This document shows positions 33,478-42,639 of a stretch of DNA of 64,000 bases, piece by piece (within the stretch, counting starts at the first letter, position 1; every line of letters begins with the position of its first letter). The notes under the pieces were generated by a model. That model was given only the letters and a program-made list of their open reading frames with translations. It made no database searches and was not told the origin of the DNA. The position numbers were made by a program, and so were the translations under genes. Location: positions 1-64,000 of IMG/VR virus record IMGVR_UViG_3300036770_006893; one strand, written 5' to 3'.

Positions 33478-33550
33478 TAGCGCCACGGAGGATCGAACTC
33501 CGATCTCCGGGATGAAAGCCCGGTATACTAAACCATTATACTATGGCGCC
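33478..33550 (-). tRNA. tRNA-Glu(TTC)
   Basis: CCGGG-CT TTC AT-CCCGG; GGCGCCA/TGGCGCT acceptor; TTCGATC T-loop. Confidence 0.9.
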
Positions 33551-33826
33551 ATATCTAACAGGCTATTTTTTCAATCCAAATATAACTACCATACTTTTCT
33601 TGAGCACGACGCAACGCATCAGTTTCGCTCATAGCAACAACATAACCAACAAAACGATTATTTTGGAAAACTCTCCAAGAATAATCAGCATAACAGTCGA
33701 TGTTTGTAGCAATCATATGTTTATTGTATCGGTTCCTATACGACTGTCAAGAGAGAAAAAATACTGCCATTTTGACAGAAATCGCGGCCCGCCTGCCATT
33801 ATGGCAGAGCGTTTGGCTCAACCCTC

Positions 33827-34234
33827 TCAAAAGAGGAGGCTGGCCAAGCCGGTCTTGAACGCAACCCCACCGAGGAGGGGACGACGCACGTTGCGTGTAC
33901 GCTCCGCATAGAAGTTGCGAATCTTACCATCGGGAGTCTGTGCAGTCACAAGATGACGGCTACGCTGAAACTCAGGATCGTTCCTACGATAGCGACTGGT
34001 GCGATTCAGACGAGCAATCCAATCGTCGGAAAAACGATGAACCTCAAGCACCTTAGCCATAAAACGCTCGGGAGTTCCGGTTACTGGCTGAACATATTCG
34101 AAGTTGTAAACACTACCCACCTTAGCGTTGCTCAAACTATCACGAAGACCAAGATAGATATGAAACAGGCTAAAGGCAATCAGACCAGCAACCACACCAC
34201 CAGCAAAAACCGCAAACATCGTAACGTCGTTCAT
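33827..34234 (-). CDS. Membrane-anchored hypothetical protein
   Basis: N-terminal TM helix followed by a beta-rich domain. Confidence 0.6.
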   Translation of the reverse strand: MNDVTMFAVFAGGVVAGLIAFSLFHIYLGLRDSLSNAKVGSVYNFEYVQPVTGTPERFMAKVLEVHRFSDDWIARLNRTSRYRRNDPEFQRSRHLVTAQTPDGKIRNFYAERTRNVRRPLLGGVAFKTGLASLLF

Positions 34235-34299
34235 ATCAAACCCTTTCGTTTATAAATCCTTCACTCAATAAAACTAGCATACCACAAGAAAAAACTTTG

Positions 34300-34635
34300 T
34301 CAAGCCGGGACAGCCAAAACGCTTTCCATAAGATTTTTAGCAATCTCATGAAAGTTCACAGCACAAACACTAGCATTCAATAGATCGGCCCAAATCGTTC
34401 CGGTCACATTAGCCTCACCAAGAACACTTTCCATCTGATTGTTATAACTATCCTTCAGTTTTTCGGTCAACAAACAAACAGCGTCCTCTTCCTTGCTAAA
34501 ATGGATTTGCTCCTCAGCACGATAATGATACAGTTCTAAAGCCATCTGACGCCAGTAAGAACTTGACGATTCATTGTTGTCGATCCACAACTGAACAGCC
34601 CACGTTTCGTAGTTAGAGTAGCCATTATAGGTCAT
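34300..34635 (-). CDS. Conserved hypothetical phage protein
   Basis: YNGYSNYETWAVQLWIDN motif; own promoter. Confidence 0.7.
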   Translation of the reverse strand: MTYNGYSNYETWAVQLWIDNNESSSSYWRQMALELYHYRAEEQIHFSKEEDAVCLLTEKLKDSYNNQMESVLGEANVTGTIWADLLNASVCAVNFHEIAKNLMESVLAVPA

Positions 34636-35118
34636 TGTAGTTTCCTTTGGGGTGATGCTCTAAGGATACCATATAGATCGGCACTGTCAAGCAAGAACTT
34701 GAAAAATATTTTTGCTGCCATTTTGGCAGGCCGGGCGCCACACCTGTCATTTTGGCAGATAGGTTATTTCCTGACCGTTTTCGATCATCGCAGCGTAAAT
34801 AGATATACGCTTATCCTTCTCACGCTTCTCAATCTGGTGGTCAGTTTCAACGCTGTCACGAGAATCACACTTGCGTTCCAGATCGGCCAGCGACACACTA
34901 TCGGTACGATTGTCGCGGAAATCTTCAGGCAGCCAGTGATTCGGAACCACAATCACATCCTTGATAACTCGCTCAAACTCAGCAATCAGTTCATATCCGT
35001 TCATCTTTTTTCTCCTGTGATGAATAGATTATACAGCCGTTATTGTGCTTGTCAACAAAAGAAAATCATTTTTTGCTGACTACAGCCACTCTAGCCAAAT
35101 CCGTAGGATTAGGTAAGA

Positions 35119-35292
35119 CTAGTCGTAGTCTCTTATGGCCCTACGCTTTTGATCGCCGCGAGTGCGACCACGTTTGGGGCGATTGTCGTGAGAACCGCTA
35201 CCACTAATATGGTTTGCGTGTCCGCGACCAACTTCCCAAATCGGCTTCACGTTGAGCCGAATCGAATCGTACTTTTTATTTCGCTTACCCAT
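35119..35292 (-). CDS. 57-aa basic protein (below the track cutoff)
   Basis: MGKRNKKYDSIRLNVKPIWEVGRGHANHISGSGSHDNRPKRGRTRGDQKRRAIRDYD, directly behind the promoter at 35302-35329. Confidence 0.7.
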   Translation of the reverse strand: MGKRNKKYDSIRLNVKPIWEVGRGHANHISGSGSHDNRPKRGRTRGDQKRRAIRDYD

Positions 35293-35410
35293 GATGCTAT
35301 GATTCTACAATACTATCGGTCAGTGTCAAGAGAAAAATCCACAAAATATTTATATGCCATTTTGGCAGAAATCGCGGCCCCGCTGCCATTTTGGCAGATC
35401 GGGGTTTTAT

Positions 35411-35632
35411 TCAGTAATCATCCCCATAGTGGCCGTAATACTCATCTTCACCCCAACCCGCCGAACCTAATGCGGATTCGTGATCTCCATCCATGCTATC
35501 ATCATAGTCATCGGTGAAGTCGTTATAATCATCATAGTTGACATCATCGGCTTCGTGCGATTCATCATCAATCCACGGCCAAATGGTACGCTCGGCCATC
35601 TCATCGAAACGATCAAAAGAATCCTGGCTCAT
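35411..35632 (-). CDS. Highly acidic small protein
   Basis: MSQDSFDRF...DGDHESALGSAGWGEDEYYG; RBS supports a start at 35632. Confidence 0.7.
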   Translation of the reverse strand: MSQDSFDRFDEMAERTIWPWIDDESHEADDVNYDDYNDFTDDYDDSMDGDHESALGSAGWGEDEYYGHYGDDY

Positions 35633-36255
35633 CTTATTATCCCTTCGGGTGAAAAAGAACAATCAAACCATACACACAGTATAAAGCCACAGCGGCGATT
35701 GTCAATAGGGTGTTCACTGAACATTCCCCCAAAATGGATCGTCCGCTGGAACAAACTCATCCACAATCCCGACTACTTCGGCCCAATCCCAAAAATCGGT
35801 CATGTTCTCCGGATCGTCAATCGGCTCGACCATAGGTTCAATCGTACCCTCGTCGGCCAGTTGATTCAGAATAGCGTTGATCGCGTCCGTATCGTCGAGC
35901 AGAGCCATCATTCGAGGAAACTGGTTCATGGTCATTTCTCCGTTGGGATGATACGCTGATTCTACAATAGAATATCGGCTTGTCAACTAAAAAAATCCAC
36001 AAAAATATCTCTGCCATTTTGGCAGTCCGGCCGCGGAAACTGCCATATTGGCAGCCCCTTGTTCAGTTTATAATGTAGGTAATATAACAACCCACAATAA
36101 AAGAAAAACTCAACAGAATATAATCCGCTTTATTCATCTTTTTCACTTATAGGAAAAATAAACTCACAAATACTATAAACACAAATACCACCAATAACAA
36201 ATCCAGCAAAGAATACTCCCCAGTTTACATATTCGGCCATCCCTAGCCCCTTTCT

Positions 36256-36795
36256 TTAAGAGTTAACTAAAATATTATCTTCAAACTCTGTACCATCCTG
36301 CAAATACCACTGATACTTTTTCTGGTAAACTTTAACAGGAGAATACTTGTTGATCCTATCCTTTGTGGTGCTGGTTCGCCATCCACCACTATTCAACTTA
36401 ACCGTACCATTAGGATAGAACCTCACAACCGCTGTACCATGCAACCGAATAGAGATACTATTATCATATTCGATTTCAGCGTATGTATTATTACCAATCT
36501 TTCGCTCGGTTCGCATAGTCTTACCATAAACCATGCTCAATGCTTCGGCGTAAGTCATTTTATTTTCCTCTGATTACAGAGCCTTGATTTTATTTAGAAT
36601 CTTAGCCACACCATCAAAATCGAGCCAGCCTAAAACATCTGCGGTAATGGGCGTATTATATGTAATCTCTCCATTATTGTCAAGTACCGCAACCTCAAAA
36701 AGTCCGTCGTTTCCACCGTATGTATTAGGGCCAGAAACCACACTTGACCCATAGCCGTTAGGAAACCGATAAATCTTCTGGTATGAATCAAACAT
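36256..36795 (-). CDS. Two conserved hypothetical phage proteins (36574-36795, 36256-36558)
   Basis: YRFPNGYG.SVV...GLFEVAVLD and GGWRTSTTKDRIN motifs; GAGG RBSs. Confidence 0.7.
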
Positions 36796-39464
36796 TTTCT
36801 ACTCCAAAGAAAGCAACCAAACCATACCACCCAATATCCATCCTGTCAATACTAAACTAATAACTTCCATTATTTTATCCAACTTGCCACATAACACCCA
36901 AACCCGAAGCAAGCCATTATAGCAGATAGTTCGCAAACAGTCAATACCATTTTACCCTCGTTTTTCGCTGACTATAGCCCACCTTGCCAATCCGATAGGA
37001 TCGGATGATACAATCACTTGGCGTGAATAAAAACTTTTTTACTAACGGTCTGATTTGTTACAGTAACAATCCAGTTTTTACCGCTACCATCCTCACGCAT
37101 GATACTATTGATAATACCAACGTGAACATTCCCCCTAGGATCAAACACGCTACCATACTTTCCCGTACGCATAGCGGCCATAATCTTATCTAGACTATTC
37201 ATCACGACACCCCCATCCAAGCGGCATTTTCCACACAATAAAGATAGAACATATCGTTCAACACCTCTCGATAGTTAGTATCGGTCAGCAGACGACGGTC
37301 CCGAGTAGACTCACACTCAGCATACAACCCACCGTCAGGAGTTGCAAGTAGAGTGATATTATGGCTCTCGCTGCCCCAAATCTGAGTCAGAGCATCTTTG
37401 ATTTTGTTGATTCCCATTTTCTTTTCCTCGCTGCTAGGTATATCGGTATTCTACAGGGTGAACCTTGAATGTCAAATAAAAAAATCAGAAAAATATTCGG
37501 CTGCCATTTTGGCAGATTTTGCGGCCCGGCTGCCATTTTGGCAGTATCAAAATCCCTTATGATGCTCTACCAGCATATGTAACATAATCTTTTCTGTTAT
37601 CATAACCGTGATACCTATAAGTAGGTTCACACATAAACGCTAATACATCCTTCATTTTATCAAAAGTGTAAGTCGCATGTGTAACTTTACTACGCAGCAC
37701 ATACTTTACAATCTGGCAATCAAAGTGCAGATTATAGTTATCCGCTTCGGCTTTGTTCTCAATATCAACCAATCTGGATCTCATATTATCACTCTACAGA
37801 AAAAGTAACAAGATTATTCACAAGTACGCTCTTAACCAACCTATTATCCTGTTGGATAACAACCATTTCACCCTTATCAGGATCGGTAGAGGGCCAACTC
37901 CAAACGTCGATAATAACACCAGTAAAGATACGGCCATCCTTACGTTGACAAGTAAAATGCTTGTTATAGTGTTCACGCATACTCATATTACTATTCCTTT
38001 CAACCAAACTCTTCATACTCTTCATCACTCAAATACGGCTCATTTGGACGGTAGCAGTTATAACTACCATAATGATCCGCATTAGTTTCATAATCACACT
38101 CTCGACCGCAACGCGAGCAAGTAGGTTCGTAATCAACAATATCAACCCTAACACCGCAACAGTTACTATTCATCTTTCAACCAATCACAAACAACGGAAT
38201 GTAAACAAACAAGTAAGCCCAAAAACCAACCAGAAAACCTACCAGACTCAGACCACTAATCATACCAAAAGTATCGGTATCGTGGCCGAACAGATTGTAA
38301 CAAATCCACTTTTTCATTGTGAATACTTTCCAGCGAGAAATCCGAGACAAAACACGATATTCAGAATCGGTAAAACTAGCACAAAAAATATAAAACCAGC
38401 ACGATACATTTTCTTTCTCTCCTGACTATTCTACCAGACTTTTTCTACTTGTCAACCCCTCAAAGCGGGGGGACTACTCTTGAACTTGAACTTTGATTGA
38501 ATGTGAAGTTCATCCATCACGAACGTGACAGCATCGTAAAGGATTCCACGGAAAACGTAATACTTCATTCGCATATCAAACAGTTTGACCGTACCATCCT
38601 CTTGCGGGTGGACAGTGAAACCAGCATCATAAGCGTAACGATTGAAACGACCAGTGATCGTGGAACGGGCTGGCATTGGCTTGATTTTCATTTTCTTTCT
38701 CTCTTTCTCTACTGACTATTCTACCAGACTTTTCTGCCCCGTAAACCCCCATCATGAGGGGTAGATGGTTTCCAGGGTCTTACGATTTTCGTCGATTCGC
38801 ACGATAGCCAAATCGTACTGGTAAAGGCTAGACTTGGTAGCAGATCGATAGGCTACAGTAGCCTCTTCGAGCGTAGCGTACACGTTGGACTGAACAAAAC
38901 CATCAAAACGCAAAGCAAACATTCTCAACTCTCTTTCTTTCTCTTTCTCTTTCTCTTTATATCGACATTATACCAAGCCCAACTTGAATGTCAAACAAAA
39001 AAATCGGTCGAAAAAAAGTTTTTTGTGGCATGATATTTGCTAGTAGCAAACCGCGTACCAAAAAAGTTTGGCACGATATTTGCTGACGCTGCCATTTTGG
39101 CAGGCCGCGCGCGATTTCTGCCATTTTGGCAGCGTATTCTCGCTGGCTACTGCCATTATGTCAGCCGATAGGATCGGCTGTTACAACCCCCTCTCAGTAG
39201 GGGTGTCCGTATGCGTCCAGCCCCTTAGGGTATCGCTTGTCAAAATCTTCTACCCTGACGCAATAATCGTTCAGTTTCTGGTAGAAAGTATCTGCAGAGC
39301 GAAGCAAAACATTTTCGGGATGATTGTTGATTCGTAAGAAAAATCCACCACCCCCCGATGGAGTGATATCAAACCGTACATCATCATCCATCATTTCATA
39401 GATAGCGTCGATGATTTCCTGAGCCGTAACGATTGAACCGATCATTTTTTGGGTTCCTTTCTTT

Positions 39465-39776
39465 TCAGTGGGTAATAACTTCGCGATTGTATGTATACGT
39501 CCACCACACTTCGCACTCTTCAAGATAGATCGACCGATAGGTGGGGCTAGGGTCGCGAGGATAATACCATTCAATCGTGACCAGCGTACCCTTAGGATAA
39601 GCCGCAACCTTGACGATATTTCCGGCGTAACCCTTCCCGTTATGCTTGACGCACTCGAAACCCTTATTTACGGCAACCGTGCCGAACTTGTCGCAACGCA
39701 TTTCCATTTCCGTTTCCATTTTCATTTCTCCCTTGTGATGATTAGATCCTACATTAGATGTCGGCATTGTCAACAA
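39465..39776 (-). CDS. Small beta-rich protein, paralog of 41434-41688
   Basis: ECVKHNGKGYAGNIVKVAAYPKGTLVTI...YRSIYLEEC; start probably 39725. Confidence 0.7.
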   Translation of the reverse strand: MLTMPTSNVGSNHHKGEMKMETEMEMRCDKFGTVAVNKGFECVKHNGKGYAGNIVKVAAYPKGTLVTIEWYYPRDPSPTYRSIYLEECEVWWTYTYNREVITH

Positions 39777-40215
39777 AAAAAATCACTCGATTTCAACCGA
39801 CGTCCATTCCTGGCAATCTGGGCAAATCACGACGATATCATCGACCGGGTCGCTTGGGCAAGGTACATCAACCGGGCAGCCGCAGCACTGCGAGATATAT
39901 TCAACATCATCAAACATTTTCAATCTCCCTTTTCCTTTTCACTTATCCTACATAGTGTATCGGCATTGTCAAAAAAAAGAAATAGAGAAATCGTTGGTGA
40001 AGTTTTCCCCACAAAAATATTTTCGTTTGGCATGATATTTGCTGGGGGCAGTTTGGCATGAGATTTGCTGTGCCTGCCATTTTGGCAGAAAACGCGGCCC
40101 ATCTGCCGTTTTGGCAGTCATATCTCGCTGGCTACTGCCATTATGTCAGCCGATAGGATCGGCTAGTACAACCCCTCCGAAGAGGGGAGTACCAACCAAC
40201 CCTACCTTTGGGGGG

Positions 40216-40395
40216 TTAGGCAAAATCTTCCTCGCCCTGAAAATCGTCGAGCCACTCATCATCCGTGTCGATCCAATCCTCATCATCTCCCATGATCGGA
40301 TCCCAACCGGTAGCATCCGTCACGAGCCACTCGCGACCATCCTCGTCCGTCATGCTGTCGGCCACAATCCGCTCAAAATCGTGAAGCATTTTCAT
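40216..40395 (-). CDS. 59-aa acidic protein (below the track cutoff)
   Basis: MKMLHDFERIVADSMTDEDGREWLV...WLDDFQGEEDFA; paralog of 41969-42130. Confidence 0.75.
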   Translation of the reverse strand: MKMLHDFERIVADSMTDEDGREWLVTDATGWDPIMGDDEDWIDTDDEWLDDFQGEEDFA

Positions 40396-41433
40396 TTCCT
40401 TTATTATCGGGTCAACAGAACAGCAATCGCCAACGATTTCCGATCATAGCAGCCATAGATGCCGCCGTCAATCAGAATCGTCCAGAATCCGTGTCGAGTT
40501 GGATGCGGGATAACTTTCATGCTCATATTCTACAATATATAATCGTCAAGTCAAATAAAAAAAATGAGAAGAAAAAATATTTTGTTTTGGCACGATATTT
40601 GCTGACGCTGCCATTTTGGCAGGCCGCGGGCGATTTCTGCCATTTTGGCAGTCCCTCCCCCATAATGGGGGAGAACATATGTATACCCTACCGATAGGGG
40701 GTCAATCCCCCAAATAACTTTCCATAAAATCAACATACCAGCACATAAAAGCCTTCCCCGCCTCATGTACGGTATATGAAACAAAAGCCGACACTACGAT
40801 ACAGGCGAACAGTATAGAAAAATCGTTCATTCTCAACCCTCCCAAGCAAACGGAGAAACTTCCTCACCCATAGCGGCGATAGCATCATACTGTGACCGCA
40901 AAGCCTCTACACGCTCCCGACTACCCGGCTTGCCAACCTTGATAATCATCGTATCCTCACCCCCACTATAGCGGGGGTCAACCTTCTCCACCTTCTCGAC
41001 TGCGGTTTCCCGCATAGCCTTACGATTGAACTTCAAAACCTTCTCACTGCGAATCGTGCCGCCATCGGCGGTACTCTTGTCGCAAGGGATTGCCAGACCC
41101 ACGAAGCACAGATACGCTTGACGCTTGGCGTTTTCAATAATCGGAAACATTTTGGATACCCTTAGTGGTGAAGTGAAAAACTTATTTGCAGGAAACAACA
41201 ACGAACCCGACAGGATTGCATACGCTCAACTTGTCGGCATCAACTTGGGCAGACTCCCGACTATTATATACCTTGCCGGGTTCGACACCAGCACAAGCAC
41301 ACGTTTCGGGCTGACTGTAGGCGTTGAGGGGTGTGGCCCCTTCATACGCTCGCGAACTTTTCATAATGATGAACATGACCACTTTCCTTCTGACTTGATC
41401 CTACCAAACTTTTCCAGACTATTCAACCCCCTC

Positions 41434-41688
41434 TCAATAGGGGGCTGGCTCGCCAGCATACCAGACCTTGCAATCTTCAAGGTAGATCGACCGATGCGAC
41501 ATCGGCATTTCACCGACACTATACATCCGACCATCATTTTCCAGAGGCTCGGCGTATGCAATCGTGACCAGCGTACCGCGAGGATATGCGGCAACCTTGA
41601 CGATATGGCCAGCGTAATGCTTGCCGTTCAACTTCTCACACTCAAAATCGAAACCAACTTGAACCGTTCCGAACTTGCTCATCTTCAA
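41434..41688 (-). CDS. Small beta-rich protein, paralog of 39465-39776
   Basis: ECEKLNGKHYAGHIVKVAAYPRGTLVTI...HRSIYLEDC. Confidence 0.7.
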   Translation of the reverse strand: MKMSKFGTVQVGFDFECEKLNGKHYAGHIVKVAAYPRGTLVTIAYAEPLENDGRMYSVGEMPMSHRSIYLEDCKVWYAGEPAPY

Positions 41689-41968
41689 CTCTCCTGTGGT
41701 GATGCTTTGATTCTACATTAGGTATCGGCATTTGCAAGAAAAAAAAATAGTCGAAAAAAAAGATTTTTTGGCACAAGATTTGCTGTTGCCATATTGGCAG
41801 AGCGTTTGGCACAAGATTTGCTGTAACTGCCATTTTGGCAGATTTCGCGCGATTTCTGCCATTTTGGCAGGTTGCCTCTTCTGCCGTTTTGGCAGTCGCT
41901 AACCGCCCGGTTTGGGTGGTACAATCCCCCATTGGGGGGATAGTTTGGTTTCCCTACCTTTGGGGGAG

Positions 41969-42130
41969 TTATGCGAACTCCTCTTCCCCGTAAACGTCCC
42001 AGTCTGCATCTTCTTCGTAGTCGATATATTCTTCCTCGTCGTCCCAATCTACCCCAGCATATCCAACCAGCCAATCTTTCCCATCTTCGCAAGTCATGCT
42101 ATCCGCGATAATCCTTTCAAACTCGCTCAT
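41969..42130 (-). CDS. 53-aa acidic protein (below the track cutoff)
   Basis: MSEFERIIADSMTCEDGKDWLV...DWDVYGEEEFA. Confidence 0.75.
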   Translation of the reverse strand: MSEFERIIADSMTCEDGKDWLVGYAGVDWDDEEEYIDYEEDADWDVYGEEEFA

Positions 42131-42399
42131 TTGGCATCCTCCGTTTGGGGGGTATTCTTCTTGGCCTGATCCTTACGCCATTGTTCCACAAACTTTACAT
42201 AATCGTCAACTTCACCGTAACGGTTATCCTTCTGGTAATCGTAACCGTCATCCGAACCGATGGGACGATAGGAAGAACGGTAGGAACGATAGTCGGAAGC
42301 GTAACGGCTAAACCTTTTCATCTTTTTCTCTCTTTCTTTCTCTCTTACTCTTATATCGGGATTCTACAATAGGATTCTTGAATGTCAACTAAAAAAAAA

Positions 42400-42639
42400 T
42401 CACGGAAGATACATATCGTTCACAACGTATCCGATTTCGTCGATTTCGATATATCCGCCATCGTCACAGAATCCGATTTCATCGTTGATTTCGATGCCAT
42501 TATCATTCTCACGAACACGGGCGAGCAGGTCGCCAGCGAAAGCCACGCGATTTACCAGTGTATCCAACGTGTTGTGATTCAGAAACTCGGTCAACTCGGC
42601 CACAGTATTCAGAACGATCAGGTTAGCAAACATTTTCAA
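42400..42639 (-). CDS. Hypothetical acidic protein, first gene of the leftward region
   Basis: Directly downstream of the promoter at 42660-42687. Confidence 0.7.
   Translation of the reverse strand: MKMFANLIVLNTVAELTEFLNHNTLDTLVNRVAFAGDLLARVRENDNGIEINDEIGFCDDGGYIEIDEIGYVVNDMYLP

Larger units (their letters stand above)
24467..37005. repeat. Motif B: bipartite TTTCGCTGACTA-N-AATCCGWAGGATTAGG
   Basis: Full copies at 24467-24510, 30336-30378, 35071-35113, 36961-37005 and 19828-19866; partial copies at 18116, 18875, 21667, 33451, 39163, 40148; inverted half at 42871. Confidence 0.8.
21890..41895. repeat. Box A: dispersed 15-bp palindrome CTGCCA-N3-TGGCAG, 39 copies at 17 intergenic loci, mostly doublets with a 29-bp period
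   Basis: First-copy starts: 21890(x3), 23082, 26783, 28097, 29398, 30521, 32020, 33389, 33764, 34715, 35354, 36011, 37501, 39089(x3), 40074(x3), 40608, 41786/41827(x4); manual count including 1-2-mismatch variants. Confidence 0.95.

Noticed and set aside
21890-41895. Box A repeats as a CRISPR array
   Set aside because: Repeats are 15 bp, the 14-nt spacers are related to each other, units are dispersed over kilobases, and no cas genes are present
21890-41895. Box A cassettes as integron attC sites
   Set aside because: No RYYYAAC/GTTRRRY core sites, no integrase in the window, and cassettes have their own promoters
21890-41895. Box A as N4-type hairpin promoters
   Set aside because: Stem and loop sizes are similar, but the loops are TTT/AAA rather than GNA, ordinary sigma70 promoters are adjacent, and no virion RNAP is seen
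40551-42169. ORFs spanning the repeat blocks (39068-39337, 40551-40784, 41642-41932, 41718-42092, 41912-42169)
   Set aside because: They translate the regulatory repeats (recurrent LPFWQ/CHFG/LPKWQ peptides) and are artefacts
36-42372. Most plus-strand ORFs of the track in 0-42 kb (e.g. 2094-2468, 22564-23007, 35480-35959, 39468-40061, 41125-41721)
   Set aside because: Antisense shadows of better-supported minus-strand genes, tRNAs or repeats; no RBS and Ile/Ser/Leu-biased composition
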